Positions 1 through 14,554 are shown, counted from the stretch's first letter. The stretch: DNA of 64,000 nucleotides from Eledone cirrhosa (GCA_964016885.1 OZ024747.1:43152001-43216000), one strand, 5' to 3'. The notes: generated from the sequence alone by a model not told the origin. Numbers and translations: made by a program.

Positions 1-240
1 ACCACCACCACCACCAACGACACCAACGACACCACAAGCAATACCGCCACCACAACCACCACCAACGACACCAACGACACCAACACAACCACCACCAATG
101 ACACCAACGACACCATAAGCAACACCACCACCACCACAACCACCACCAACGACACCACAAGCGACACCACCACCACCACCAACGACACCAACGACACCAC
201 AAGCAACACCACCACCACCACCAACGACACCACAACGACC
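1..240. repeat. Degenerate (CCA/CAA/CGA)n trinucleotide low-complexity tract
   Basis: accaccaccaccaacgacaccaacgac... is repeated throughout. Confidence 0.9.
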
Positions 241-594
241 CATACACAACACAAGACCAATTCTTCAGTCAACACGGTTTTTTCCCTTCTTTTTTTTGTC
301 GTTATTATTCTTTACCATGACTCAAAGTTATCCTCAAAGGGATGATCATTCCTAACTCTAACTTCTTCCTACCATCAATTCTACATTTATAGCTTTGCAC
401 TTTTCAGTTCAATATTGTCGACAAATAAAAGCACTAACAATTAGGTCAGGCAAGAATGTTATAATGGATGACATCGCTATAATGGTGCAAAATGTCTTTG
501 AATAAAAACCTTGCGCTACTCTCCCCCATCTCTGCTTTGCTCCATATAAAAGCACATGAATAACTAATGGGATATGCATCTGTATGCATGTAAC

Positions 595-915
595 ATACAT
601 ACAACCACAGCGAATACACTGACATGCACTTACACATATGCACACATATATATATATCCTTACATGTATACACACACATACATGCCATACATGTAAACAT
701 ACATACAACCACAGCGAATACACTGACATGCACTTACACGTATGCACACATATATATATATCCTTACATGTATACACACACATACATGCCATACATGCAA
801 ACATACATACAACCACAGCGAATACACTGACATGCACTTACACATATGCACACAAACATATATATATATCCTTACATGTATACACACATACATGCAAACA
901 TATATACAACCACAT
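595..915. repeat. 104-bp tandem repeat, ~3 copies
   Basis: ACAACCACAGCGAATACACTGACATGCACTTACAC starts at 601, 705 and 809. Confidence 0.85.
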
Positions 916-933
916 ATAAATTCACACATTTGG

Positions 934-985
<52 letters not shown>

Positions 986-1339
986 TTGCAAACAAATATA
1001 ACCATAGTTATATATATCATGTGCCTTCACACAAAACACTCATACACATAGATACATGTATACACACATACATGCATACATATATATACAATCACAGTTA
1101 TGCACTCACATGCCCTCACATAAAAGTACATACACATACACAGGGGTATATAAATACACATACACACATACATACAGCTGCAGTTATGTACTCACATGCC
1201 CTCACACAAAAAAAGACACACACACACTCAGGGTTACATGAGTACATGTATACATGCATGTATACATGCATGTATACATGTATACATGTATACATGTATA
1301 CATGCATGTATACATGTAACTACAGTTCTACACTCATAT

Positions 1340-3245
1340 ACCCCTGCATATACACACACACACACACACATGGACATATGCATACACACACACATGGACA
1401 TATGCATATACACACACACACACATGGACATATGCATATATACACACACACATGGGCATATGCATATACACATACACACACATGGACATATGCATATATA
1501 CACATACAGGCAAACACACATGGACATATGCATATATACACACACACAAACACACATGCAACCACAGCAATGCACTCTGTGCCATTACACAAAAACAGAC
1601 ACATGTACATACATGCAAACACACATACAACCACAGTTATGCACTCACATGCCCTTGCACAAACACACACACACACACGGACAAATGCACACACACACAC
1701 AGAGGGACAAATGCACACACACACACACAGGGACAAATGCACACACACACACAGGGACAAATGCACACACAGGGAGACATGCACACACACACACACAGGG
1801 ACAAATGCACACACACACACACAGGGACAAATGCACACACACACACACAGGGACAAATGCACACACACACACAGGGACAAATGCACACACACACACAGGG
1901 ACAAATGCACACACAGGGAGACATGCACACACACACACACAGGGACACATGCAAACACACACACACACAGGGACACATGCACACACACACACACATGTAC
2001 ACACACACATATACATACAAACACACACAATTGTGCATAGCCAAAAATTGCCAAATAAATTCAGGAATTCATAGATAGCTACATAGTCACACACACACAT
2101 ACACATATACATATACATACATAGTCACACACACACATACACATATACATACATAGTCACACACACATACACATATACATACATAGTCACACACACACAT
2201 ACACATATACATACACATGTACTGGCATACACATACATAGTCACACACACACATACACATATACATACACATGTACTGGCATACACATACATAGTCACAC
2301 ACACACATACACATATACATACATAGTCACACACACACATACACATACACATACATAGTCACACACACACATACACATATACATACACATGTACTGGCAT
2401 ACACATACATAGTTACACACACACATACACATACATAGTCACACACACACATACACATATACATACACATGTACTGGCATACACATAGTCACACACACAC
2501 ATACACATATACATACATAGTCACACACACACACATACACATATACATACACATGTACTGGCATACACATACATAGTCACACACACACATACACATACAT
2601 AGTCACACACACACATACACATAACTACATAGTCACACACACATACACATATACATACACATGTACTGGCATACACATACATAGTCACACACACACATAC
2701 ACAAACATAGTCACACACACACATACACATATACATACATAGTCACACACACACATATACATACACATGTACTGGCATACACATATGTAGTCACACACAC
2801 ACACACACATACACATATACATACATAGTCACACACACACATACACATACACATACATAGTCACACACACACATACACATATACATACACATGTACTGGC
2901 ATACACATAGTCACACACACACATACACATATACATACACATGTACTGGCATACACATACATAGTCACACACACACATACACATACATAGTCACACACAC
3001 ACCCATGCTCACATACATACACATGTACTGGCATACACATACACAGACACACACACATGTTCACATACATACACATGTACTGGCATACACAGACACACAT
3101 ACACACATACACACACACACACACTCACAGCACCACATGCTTACATTCACATACATACACATGTACAGCCATACACACATACACATACACATACACACAC
3201 ACACCACATGCTCACATTCACATACATACACATGTACAGCCATAC

Positions 3246-3281
<36 letters not shown>

Positions 3282-4130
3282 CACCACAGTCTTACATTCA
3301 CATACATACACATGTACATGTAGCCACACATAGCCACAAAGAAACATATATTCACATACTAAAACACACGTAGATACACACATACATAACCACACCGAAG
3401 CACACACAAACATACTCACATGCTCACTTACACACACACACACTGTCATACATATATATTCACATACACATAATGTACATAGACACATATACTTACATGC
3501 TCACATACACACACTCACATATACATATACACACACATACACTCACACATACACATATACTCACACATACATACACACACACACACATACACTCACACAT
3601 ACACTCACACATACACACATTCACACACATACTCACACATACACACACACTCACACATGCACATACACACACTCACACACACAATCACACACCATCACAC
3701 GCACACACACACACAGACACTCACATACACACAAGCACACACCATCACAGGCTCAAACACACATACACACACACAAGTACACATCGTCACTCACACATAC
3801 ACTCACACATCCACACAAACACACGTACACCTATATCCACGCAAACATACATACATACATACAAACACATACACACAAATTATAGCTTTCCATACAAATA
3901 CATACACATACATAAATGTACACACACACACACACACACACACATGCATTCTAACATACAGACACACAAATATATAAAGTACTTATATACATATCACACA
4001 CTCACACACACACACAAACATACACCACAAACAAACCACCATACACAAACACACAAATTGGCATAGACGCATACACAAAGAATCAAAGATACTTATATAT
4101 ACACACACGAGCACAAATGCATAGCACATG
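1340..4130. repeat. Compound (CA)n-based minisatellites
   Basis: Units include GGACATATGCATATA(CA)n, GGGACAAATG(CA)n (1680-1980) and CATAGT(CA)n...CATGTACTGGCATA (2080-3100). Confidence 0.9.
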
Positions 4131-4161
4131 CATACAACACATTGCTGTACACACCACACCA

Positions 4162-4228
<67 letters not shown>

Positions 4229-4233
<5 letters not shown>

Positions 4234-4304
4234 GATGTCCTAAAAATTGTATACACACCTTGATTAGAGTGCTGTTGAAGTGTGTATACATTTTTGGGGG
4301 ACAC

Positions 4305-4310
<6 letters not shown>
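4229..4310. mobile_element. ~80-bp Tc1/mariner-type mini-MITE inside (TA)n
   Basis: TACAGGATGTCCTAAAAATTGTATACACA ... TGTGTATACATTTTTGGGGGACACTCTGTA forms imperfect terminal inverted repeats with TA-CAG termini. Confidence 0.65.
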
Positions 4311-4334
<24 letters not shown>

Positions 4335-4335
<1 letters not shown>

Positions 4336-4482
4336 GGAAGAGGAAGACCGAGGTTAACGTATGTTGATGCCCTAAGGACAGACACTGGTCTGTTGGAGAC
4401 ACAGGGCATGGCAGCGATAATGAGGGACAGAGACCGCTGGAGAGAACTCGTCCATCGATCTCGGTAATTTTACCCACCCTAG
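4335..4482 (+). mobile_element. RTE-clade LINE 3'-end fragment
   Basis: Translates to [18 protein letters not shown]...[11 protein letters not shown], the GRP...DR..WR C-terminal signature of RTE ORFs. A near-identical copy lies at 29212-29335. Confidence 0.7.
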
Positions 4483-4487
4483 ATATA

Positions 4488-4770
4488 TCATCATCATCAT
4501 CATCATCATCATCACCGTTTTACGTCCGTTCTTCCACGCTAGCATGGGTTAGACGGGTTGTCCTGTTGTGGGCAGTGTCCGATCGGCTGACCATGCCTTG
4601 CTCATACAGGAACTGATTCTGGCTTGATTTCTACAGCTGAATGCCCTTCCTAACACCAACCTCATTTACAGTGAGTGCTGGGTGCTTTTTTTCCGTGGCG
4701 CCTACATGTCCACTTTACAGTGAGTGCTGGGTGCTTTTTTGCCGTGGCACCTCCACGATCACTTTGTAGT
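4488..4770 (-). mobile_element. RTE/SINE 3'-tail module with (GAT)n tail and 2 internal ~48-bp units
   Basis: Contains (CAT)n, CGTTTTACGTCC..., CCCTTCCTAACACCAACC and TTTACAGTGAGTGCTGGGTGCTTTTT x2. 4510-4615 is nearly identical to the reverse complement of 43320-43425. Confidence 0.8.
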
Positions 4771-4954
4771 GGGAGGGTGTGGGGAATATTGTCTATATGC
4801 TTCAGCTTCGGCTTGTACCATGGGGGGTTGGGGGGGGGGGGCTCTTCTGTATTACTGCGTGACGCCAGAGGTCACGGTCGTGTGTCATCGCCTTTGCACA
4901 TCACATGTCGCCTCTCCTGCACACAGATAGATATATAAACAATCTAAAGTCTGT

Positions 4955-5222
4955 TTTAAGCCAGAAGGTTCATTTGGCCGGTGCTTATCTGATTTTATGG
5001 CGTGAAGCGACTGAAAGTACTACACGACTGCCCCCTGGAGAGGACGTCAGTCCATCACAAAGTTAAACCCCCAGCTATTGCTGGTACTCATTTTCAGCTG
5101 AGTATACTGGAGCAATGTGAAATGAAGAGTTTTGCTCAAGAACACAACACGCAACTCAGGAATTGAACCCACAACATTATGATTGTCAGTCCAACACCCT
5201 TACCACTAAGCCACATGTCTCC
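4955..5222 (-). mobile_element. tRNA-derived SINE, sister subfamily with a different 3' half
   Basis: The minus strand begins GGAGACATGTGGCTTAGTGGTAAGG (A box) ... GGTTCAATTCC (B box) and continues GTGTTCTTGAGCAAAAC...TTCACATTGCTCCAG, as in the 5273 family. Confidence 0.75.
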
Positions 5223-5272
5223 ACATATACATGTATAAACATGTATATATATATATATATAAATATATATAT

Positions 5273-5620
5273 GGAGGCACATGGCTTAGTGGTTAGAGCA
5301 TTGGCCTTGCAATCGAAAGGTTGTGAGTTCAATTCTCAGACCGGCTGATGTGTTGTTCCCTTGAGCAAGACACTTTATTTCACATTGCTCCACTTTACTC
5401 AGCTGTAGAAATGAGATGAGAGGGACTGCGGTCCCTATCATTCCACTGCAAAGTGGTCGTGGAGGTGCCATGGCGAAAAAAGCACCCAGCACTCACTGTA
5501 AATGAGGTTGGTGTTAGGAAGGGCATCCCGCTGTAGAGAATCAAGCCAGAATCAGTTCCCGTCCCACCCTTGCAAGCAGGGAAAAGCAGACGTAAAATTG
5601 ATGATGATGATGATGATGAT
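5273..5620 (+). mobile_element. tRNA-derived SINE (family A), full length
   Basis: A box TGGCTTAGTGG, B box GTTCAATTC, CORE-like CCTTGAGCAAGACAC segment, RTE-like tail and (GAT)n end. Near-identical copies at 18372, 20442 and 41633. Confidence 0.9.
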
Positions 5621-5676
5621 ATAAATATATATACATGTATATAAATGTATATATATATATTTATATATATATATAC

Positions 5677-5967
5677 CAGTGGCAAAGGGTAACCTGGAAA
5701 GCAGGTCATGCAGTCCAATCGCCATGGCGGAAAGTACGCCTGTGCAGCTTTACCCCCCCCCCCCCCAATTCCCTCTAAATGACCCTCCCGGTCAAAGCTG
5801 CATGTAGTGTTATCTAGTGTATGTGTGTGCGTGTGTGTTATCTTTTTATGTGTCTACGATTAAGTAAGCAGCCAAAATTCTGCTTGCTTCAACCGACGCA
5901 ATTGATCTACTCAAGATTCTATAATGCATGCACTGCATGTGTTGCATGCACGGACGCTTCGCCCCTG
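5677..5967. mobile_element. Probable hAT-type MITE
   Basis: Termini are CAGTGGCAAAG / CTTCGCCCCTG. The 8-mer ATATATAC flanks both sides, but in a microsatellite context, so the TSD evidence is weak. Confidence 0.5.
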
Positions 5968-6199
5968 ATATATACATGTATATACATGTATATATATATT
6001 TATATACATATACACACACACACATACATACATACACATGCACAATGATACAAGGCTACATACATATGCATGACAATATTTATACATCGACATACACATA
6101 CACACACACACACACCCACACACACACACATACACACCATTACACACATACTCACACACACACACGCACACACACACACACATAAACGCATGAACTCTG

Positions 6200-6315
6200 A
6201 TAGACAGATAAAGAGATATTTAGGCAGACAGACTAAGATTCAGACGGATCGATTAATACTTGGACAGACAGGCAGATATAGAGACAGACAGGCATACAGA
6301 CAGACAGGCAGATAT

Positions 6316-6346
<31 letters not shown>

Positions 6347-6370
6347 GGCAGATATAGAGACAGACAGACA
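6200..6370. repeat. (GACA)n-type repeat abutting the LINE 3' end
   Basis: gacagacaggcagatatagagacagacagaca... Confidence 0.85.
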
Positions 6371-6594
6371 AATTTCTGTTTATTTGCCACGAGGGCACAA
6401 AAGAAAGGGACATGTACATGGGTGGGGGGAGTTTACATAAAAATTGAGTAAGAAAAATATAACAAACAAAATAGTAACAAGAAGGTCCTCAATAGGGAGG
6501 GATCGTTTTGGGGTCACACACACCCCCGAAAAAAAGTGTGCGACCCTTCTCCACGGGAGCACAAAGAGAGGGTGCTCCCTTCTTCCTGTTCCAC

Positions 6595-9500
6595 CTACAG
6601 GCTGAGGTAGAGAGAAGGCCCATTCACACGGGCCATTCTCGCAACTTTCACCCACCTTTCATAAAACTGGCTGGAGTGGAGCACCTCTCTCTCCATCCTG
6701 ATCCTTCTTCCCAAATGGTATCGGAAGAAAAGGACCAGTTGTTGGCCGGAGAGAAAGGTGTCCGACCTCAGCCCTTTCAGACGCGTCCACCATATAGCCT
6801 CTTTTACCATGGCTATTACACAGAGGAAAACCGCCTCTCCTTCATTTTTGAAGGGGGGAGGCGGCTTGATCGTTACAATGGACTCGGTGGTCAACCTAAT
6901 TGGTCCCACCCGTGACAGCAGTTGTTCGACATAGCCCCACAGATCGGTAACGCCCGGGCAGTGTACCAATGTGTGCGCGACGGTTTCCTCGTCGCGCACG
7001 CATCTGGGACAGATCTTTTTCGAGGGGTCCCTACCCGGGCGCCCGTGTCTGTAGAGCTTATCCCGAACGGGCAGAGCCCCTCGGTAGCACTGCCAGGCCA
7101 AGGACTTCTGGAAGTTGTCCATAGGTCCCGGGCTGAAAGTCCTACCGAATAGGCTGGCCAGTTCGTCCTCCTCCATGCCAAGGGTTTCTCCCAGGGCGTC
7201 GTCGCACCTGCTAACCACCAGCCCTTTATAGAATGACGAGGTGGAGTCTCCACCGATAGCCGGGTCCGCCTGCCAGAGAGCCGTGAGCGCCTGGGCACAC
7301 TTGGTGTGCCAGTCGCCCAGTTTTCTCGGTCTTTGCTTCACCCAGGACTGCAGCTCGGTGAGCGAGACGAGCCTCGGGAAGGCTCGCCTCACAAACGGGG
7401 CCCACACCGGTTGACCGGTGAGGAATACCTGGAGGTGCCGTAGCCTCAATGCGTGTTTACGCATTTTTAGCCACGGCATCCCCAGCCCTCCTTTCAAAGG
7501 GTGTTGACAGCAGATGGATCTCCTCACCAGGGGAGACCCCTTCTTCCAAAGGAAGTGAAAGAGAGCGCGCTCCATTTTGGCGAGGATCTCACCCGGGCAA
7601 GGCACGACAGTCAAGCGGTAATAGATGACGGACGCTATGTAAGCGTTCGCCACCTCCGCCCGACCTTTCAGGGATAGTTTGCACTCGGCCCACTTCTGGG
7701 TCAGTGCAAGCACCCTATTCGTCACCTCACCCCAGTTTTTCTCCACCTGGAGGTCCGGTCTGAACCAGACTCCAAGCAACTTTATCGGGCAATCCGTCCA
7801 ACGATATCGTTGGACGACATCGGTTTGCCCCTCCACTCGCCGAGTTGCAAAGCGACTCACTTGTCCCGGTTCAGCTTAGCCCCTGTCAACCTTTCCTACT
7901 CTTCCAGTAAGGTGCCGATTGCCTCGATTACCGCGGTGGTCGACACCATTACTGTTACGTCATCGGCGTAGGCCGACACCGCTTTGCGCAATCCCGGTTC
8001 CAAAGGGATGCCCTGCAACAACTCCAACTTCCGCAGTAGTGGCTCGAGAGCCAATACATACAGAAGGGAGGAGAGAGGGCACCCCTGTCGGATGGAGCGG
8101 GTGATTTCGAACGGCTCCGAGAGGTAGCCGTTCACCTTGACTCTAGAGCAGATGTGGCTGCTGTGCATGGCAGTGATCCAGCCCCTGAAAACGGGTCCGA
8201 AACCAGCCGCCGCTAGCATCGCATCCAGATAACCATGGTCCACCCTATCGAAAGCTTTAGACTGATCTAAATTTATCAGGGCCCCACCAAAGCCGGCTTC
8301 GTTCCCAACCCTCTCTATGATGTATCGCATGAGGTGGAGGTTGTCGTGGATGGACCTGGACGGGATAGCACATGTCTGCGCATCTCCCACCAGGCCTCCC
8401 ACGACAAGCGCCAACCTCTTCGCGAACACCTTGGCCAAAATCTTTAACTCTGCATTTAGCAGAGTTATGGGCCTAAAATTACTAATGTCATCCCCCTTGT
8501 TCTCGTCCATCCTCAATAGCGAGACTACGCCTTTGGTCACAGAACAGGGAATTCTCCTGTTCTGTTGCCAGTTGCAGTGGACCGCCTCGAGGAGATCGGA
8601 GAACAAGTCCGGCATATTAATATATAGTTCGTAGGGCAGACCATCGAGCCCTGGAGATTTGCGTTTGCCGCATAGGCTCAGCATGTCCCCTATTTCAGCA
8701 GCTGAGATCGGCCCGTCGAAGGACCTCGCCTCCTTGTCTGAAAGACGCAGCAGGCCGTTGAGGTATGGACTGAAATCCACATCTCCAACCGGCCCCCCGC
8801 CCCTCCCGAACAATCGGGAAAAGTGCCTTTGAAAGGCCTTGCACATTTGCTTAGGTTCAAGGATCACCCATCCATCCTGGTCTCGCAAAGACCGGATAGT
8901 AGATCTAATCCCACTTTTGGCTTCTGTCACACGGGCCCAGCTAACAGCTTTGGTCCCCTCGTTTCCCAGAGCACGTATTTTGCTTCGGACAACGCAGCCT
9001 TCGTGTTTCGCGTCGAAGATCTGGCTCCAGGCCGTTCTCGACGCTTGCACTCTGGCCACGTTGCCGCTTCTCATTGCCTCTTCAACATTAACTACCAACT
9101 CCCTTTCCTTCCTATTTCTATCTGAGGCTAACTCCTTACTAACTCCTATTGAAACTACTCTAATCTCTCTTTTCAGAGAGCCCCACCACCTGCTGTTGAC
9201 GATGGCGCCCGTCAACCGCTCCTTAACTAAGTTTCTAATCCGGTCCCTGTAAGCTCTACTTGCCGGTAAGGACAAGTTGAGCTTCCAGTAACCGGGTCTC
9301 TGCCTATGCGTTCTATCAAGGTGGACTACGCAGGTCACTAACTTGTGGTCTGAATAGCCCACCATGAGCATTTCTGGACAACTTAAAAAATCCCTAACCT
9401 TAATTCTAACTAAGAACCTATCTAGGTACGATCTAGATTGACCGCTATGGTTTGTCCAAGTCCAGGTTGGCACAGTCGGAAAATCTAGTCGATATCTATC

Positions 9501-10024
9501 GGCCAGGTCAAATCGGCCGATTAACCCCTTGAGGTTATTACACCCCCCTCTATCGGGACATGCCCCTACATAGTCCCAACGTGCATCTAGGATACCATTC
9601 CAGTCCCCCACTAAAAGCAAGGAGCGGGACGTCCCTAGAAAAGTCTCCAGACGATGGAAGAAGTTCGACCGCATTGCCCCAAAAGGGGCGTAAACGGCGA
9701 CCAGTCTAAAAGCTTCGCCTTCACCACTGCCAAGGTCCAGAACCACTAGTCGACCTCCGGGTCCAAGTGTACCGTCTGTGTAGTGAGGCCCAGATGTTTT
9801 GGCAGCAGAACGACAACCCCACCCCCACCTCCGGGCTGACAGAGAGATGCGTGCATCTCAAAGTCATCAAAGGTGGGGGCTAGTTGTTGCACGCTGCTGA
9901 TCCGGGCCTCGCAAATAACCATCACATTTATACCTCGTGACCTGAGGTCATTTAGAAGTTTAGCTTGCTTCCAAGGTGAGCCCAAGCCACGCGCATTTAG
10001 ACAACCTACTCTTAACACAGCCAT
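6595..10024 (-). pseudogene. ORF2 (APE endonuclease + reverse transcriptase + CCHC), disrupted
   Basis: Motifs: LNARGL, VYAP, GDWN, SYLDRFL, SDH, KSPGLDGL, FRPITLLN, DQSKAFDRV, RQGCPLS, YADD, CPRC-x8-H-x4-C. Lesions: 1-nt frameshift near 9755 (restores DPEGRLVVLD), TAG at 7896-7898, TGA near 7858, and a frameshift near 7805. Confidence 0.92.
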
Positions 10025-10059
10025 GTTGGTGGTAAAGAAAGAGGCACTTACCTCTCTGC

Positions 10060-11070
10060 GTCCCGGGGTCCGGGCTGTTCAGTTAGTTTCCATGGGGGTG
10101 GTGGTTGGTGGTGGGGTGGGGGTATTAGTGTGTGGAGGGGTTGGGGTGTTTGGAATTGTGTGGGTGTTTGAGGAGAGGAGGGGAAAACCTTTCAGGAGGA
10201 CACGGTTGAGTGGCCTGGTGCAGGGAAAATGTTTTTCAATGTTTTTAAAATGTCAAGTGGGACCTTCAACATTTTCAGGTTAGGGAGTCCCGTTGCCATT
10301 GTAAAATTCGGCCCTTCGGTTTGCACCGAAGGGTTATTGTTTATTTTGTCTACTAAGTTTTTATTGTTTTTGTTTATGTATGTGTACAGTTTTGTGTTGT
10401 TGTGTTTGTTTTTGTTTGTTGTTCTTGAGTGTGCTTGCATTTTGTTGTATGTGTTGTGGTGTCAGGTGGGGTTATTTTTGTTTGAGTGGTGTGTGTACGT
10501 TTTTTACTTTTTACTTTTTGGAAGGGAGCCCCCTCGTCTTCCGAGGATATGAGCTCCTCTTCCGTATTTGAGGTGAGGGGTATATTACCAGGTTGTGTTT
10601 GCACTGCGTATGTTTTTGTATTTGTGTTCTGTGGGGAGGAGCTGGGTGGGACCGTGTTTTGGGTTGTTTTCTTGAGCTGTTGTTGATGTTGTTGTGGTGG
10701 TGTTGGTGGTGTTATTGTTTGTGGTGTTTGTAATAATGGTTTCTTTTTTATCAGTTGAGGGCATGCAACCCCCAGGTGACCTATGCTTGCGCAGTGGTAA
10801 CACACGGGTCGCCTACCCTCAACTGAAATATTTATGTAGGTCTCTCCATCTAAATGAATTCTCTGTTGGATCTTCACTATCCTTTCTGGGCTCATCTGCA
10901 CCAGAAGTTCTACGCTGGTCCCACTAAAGACCTCTCTGGGGGACTTTCCAATCGAGATTACAATGTCTTGGTCAAGGTCTAAAACGCCACAAAGTAACCA
11001 CCAAGTGTCTTATGCAGTGGAATTTTATTTTTTGAGACCTTCTTCCCATGTAAGACGGGAAAAAGCTGAA
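10060..11070 (-). pseudogene. ORF1 (gag-like) C-terminal remnant
   Basis: VEGRRPVCYHCASIGHLGVACP is a CCHC zinc knuckle, followed by a low-complexity T/P/Q linker. The frame is broken and the N-terminus is missing. Confidence 0.8.
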
Positions 11071-11392
11071 GTGAGACAGACAGAGAGACAGACAGTCAGA
11101 CAGTGAGACAATGTGGGACAGACAGACAGACAGTGAGACAGAATGTGGGACAGACAGACAGACAGTGAGACAGAAAGTGGGACAGACAGACAGACAGTGA
11201 GACAGAAAGTGGGACAGACAGACAGTGAGACAGAAAGTGGGACAGACAGACAGTGAGACAGAATGTGGGACAGACAGACAGACAGTGAGACAGAAAGTGG
11301 GACAGACAGACAGACAATGAGATAGAAAGTGGGACAGACAGACAGACAATGAGACAGAATGTGGGACAGACAGACAGTGAGAGAGAGAGAGA
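11071..11392. repeat. (GACA)n-derived 28-32 bp minisatellite abutting the LINE 5' truncation
   Basis: GACAGACAGACAGTGAGACAGAAAGTGG is repeated ~9 times. Confidence 0.9.
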
Positions 11393-11899
11393 GTTGGTTG
11401 TATTTTGGAAGATGTCTCAATATACAGTAGTCTTTTATCACCAACACCACCACCACTAACAACAGCAGTACCCCACCACCACCACCACTAACAACAGCAG
11501 TACCCCACCACCGCCACCACTTTTACTACTACTAACAACAACAACAACAACAACTGGAAGATCTATAGAAAGCAATCCATGAAGTCCGTCTGAAATATTA
11601 TTATAGTAAAGGCCTAGATCAATAAGAGAGACTGTGTGTTTCTAACTTTAGATTTGACCTACACTGCTACCCCTCTACCATGGCCACACCCATCACCAAC
11701 CCTACCACACACCCAAATATTACACACACATACACACATCTACACACACACATACACCTACACACACACACACAGACACATCTACACACACACACACACA
11801 TCTACACACATACACACATCTACACACACACACACATACATCTACACACAGACACATCCCATCACATCGAATAATTATGCACCATCACACTAGCATGTA

Positions 11900-13040
11900 G
11901 ATGAAACTACCATACCATCAGACCACCATGACACCACCACACCACCATACCACCACCACACCACACCCCCACACCACCACCACACCACACCACCATACCA
12001 GCAGGCCACCACACAAACACACCACCCCCACACCACACCCCACACCACCACCACACCACACCACCATACCAGCAGGCCACCACACAAACACACCACCCCC
12101 ACACCACACCCCACACCACCACCACACCACACCACCATACCAGCAGGCCACCATGACACCACCACACCAAACTACCAGCAGGCCACCACACCACCACACC
12201 ACCACATCACCACACGACCATACCACCACCACCACCACACCACCACACCACCATAACACCACCACCACCACACCACCACACCACTATACCACCACACCAC
12301 CACACCACCACACCGCCACCACATCACCATACCACCACAACACCACCACCACCACCACACCACCACACCTCTACACCACCACCACACCACCATGCCACCA
12401 CACCAACACACCACCACCACCACCACCACCACCACCACACCACCATACCACTACCCCCCCACACACACACCACCACCACCACACCACCATATCACTACCC
12501 CCCCATACACACACACCACCACCACCATACCACCACACCGCCCCCACACCACCACCACCATACCACCACACCAACACACCACCACCACCACCATCACCAC
12601 CACCACACCACCATACCACTACCCCCCACACACACACCACCACCACCACCACACCACCATACCACTACCCCCCATACACACACACACCACCACCACCATA
12701 CCCCCCCCCCCCCCCGCCCCCACACTACCCCCACCATACCCCCACCCCCACACCACCACCACCATCCCCCACACCCCCACACCACCACACCACACCCCCA
12801 CATCACCCCCACACCACACCACCACACCACCACACCACATCACCACACCACACCATCACCACACCACCACCACACCGCCACCAACACACCACCACCACCA
12901 CACCACCACCACACCACACCACCACCACACTACCACCACACCACACCACCACACCACACCACACCACCACCACACTACCACACCACCACCACACCACCAC
13001 ACCACCACACCACCACACCACAACCACACCACCACACCTA
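11900..13040. repeat. (CCA/CACCA)n C-rich low-complexity tract
   Basis: Direct inspection; this tract yields the spurious H/T/P-rich ORFs. Confidence 0.9.
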
Positions 13041-14369
13041 AACATATATCAGCTCATCATATTTCTTAAATGAGAAGATTTTTGAGAGTAAAAATAGGAA
13101 CTTTTACTGGACTCAGTCTGGTGTGTAATATTTTGTCAGGACAAGCATTTATTGACATACATATACACATTTTAAGCATGTATGTATACATATACACACA
13201 TATATGTATGTAAATATATATATATATATATATGTGTGTTTATATCTATATATATCTATATATCTCTCTCTAACTTTATATATGTATCATCATCATCATC
13301 ATCATCATGTTATGTCCACTTTTCCCTGCTTGCAATATATATATATATATGTAGGAGGTGAGTTTTATTGTAGCACAATAAAGCAATGCAAATATCGGAT
13401 AAGTAGCACTCCACAGTTTATAGGACTGGAGTATAAATAATATAAGATCAAAAGATGGTTAAAAGAGCTCCATGTATTTTATTATTCAAAAACAAATATC
13501 ATCATGGGATGATATTTGCTTTCTCATCAGATAAAATAGGGAGACATCCATATGAAGCTTAAAAAATACTTGCGAGCAGTGAAGTGTTAAATCAACATAT
13601 GAAAAATAAAGTAAGATGGATGTATGAGATTGGGAAAAAAAGATTGGGAAAAACCCTAACTAATTCCTCAAAGTTCATAATTCATTTAATCTCTCCTTCA
13701 TTCACATTATATCCTTAATATTTTTATTTTAATAATACATATTAATAAATTCTTTTTTCGCACATATTATTAAACCCTTCAATATATAAACCTTAAATAA
13801 ATACTATTCTTAATTCCTTTTTCTTTAATCATAAACATCACCATTCATAAACCTCATTAACTTTTAATTTCAAAATCTTTTTAAATTATCTATTATCTTA
13901 CAACAGTTTTTAAAATTTCTCTCTGTGAGACAGTGTTTCTCAGTTTTAAAGGCTATCTCTCTCTCTCTCACTCATTTCTCCTCCTCTCTCATCCTTCCTT
14001 CTTATACTCCTCCCCGTCATCCTTTATTTTCTTTCTTTCCCAATCTCATATATCATCTTACTTTATTTTTCACATGTTGATTTAACACTTCACTGCTCGG
14101 AACAGACATATATACACATAATATATACATATATACATACATAATATATAGATATATGCATACACAAATAGTATACACGTAAATACATATATATATATAT
14201 AATCTATACATATATACACACATAATATATACATAAATACATATATATATATATGTGTGTGTGTCTGTATTTATATATATACATACATATGTATATATGT
14301 ATGTGAGTATATATACACCCACATATGTATAAATATACAACATAGACATATATATACATACACATACAT

Positions 14370-14380
14370 ATATACATGAA

Positions 14381-14415
<35 letters not shown>

Positions 14416-14469
14416 CATGAATGAATATATATATATATATACATACATATATATATATCACATGAATGA

Positions 14470-14503
<34 letters not shown>

Positions 14504-14521
14504 TACATGAATGAATATATT

Positions 14522-14554
<33 letters not shown>

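Larger units (their letters stand above)
6371..11070 (-). mobile_element. Tx1/L1-clade non-LTR retrotransposon, 5'-truncated and decayed
   Basis: Contains an ORF1 remnant with a CCHC knuckle and an ORF2 with APE endonuclease, RT and C-terminal Zn motif. The 3' UTR has AATAAA at ~6378-6383. Confidence 0.93.

Noticed and set aside
409-4477. His/Thr-, Cys/Val- and Tyr/Ile-rich ORFs (also at 14-18 kb, 24-29 kb and 35-38 kb)
   Set aside because: These are translations of (CA)n/(TG)n/(TA)n microsatellites.
5273-5345. Functional tRNA genes at the SINE heads (also 20442 and 41633)
   Set aside because: The acceptor and anticodon stems pair poorly, and each head continues into a SINE body and tail.
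11901-13073. Extensin-like Pro/His/Thr ORF
   Set aside because: (CCA)n low-complexity tract, open in several frames on both strands.
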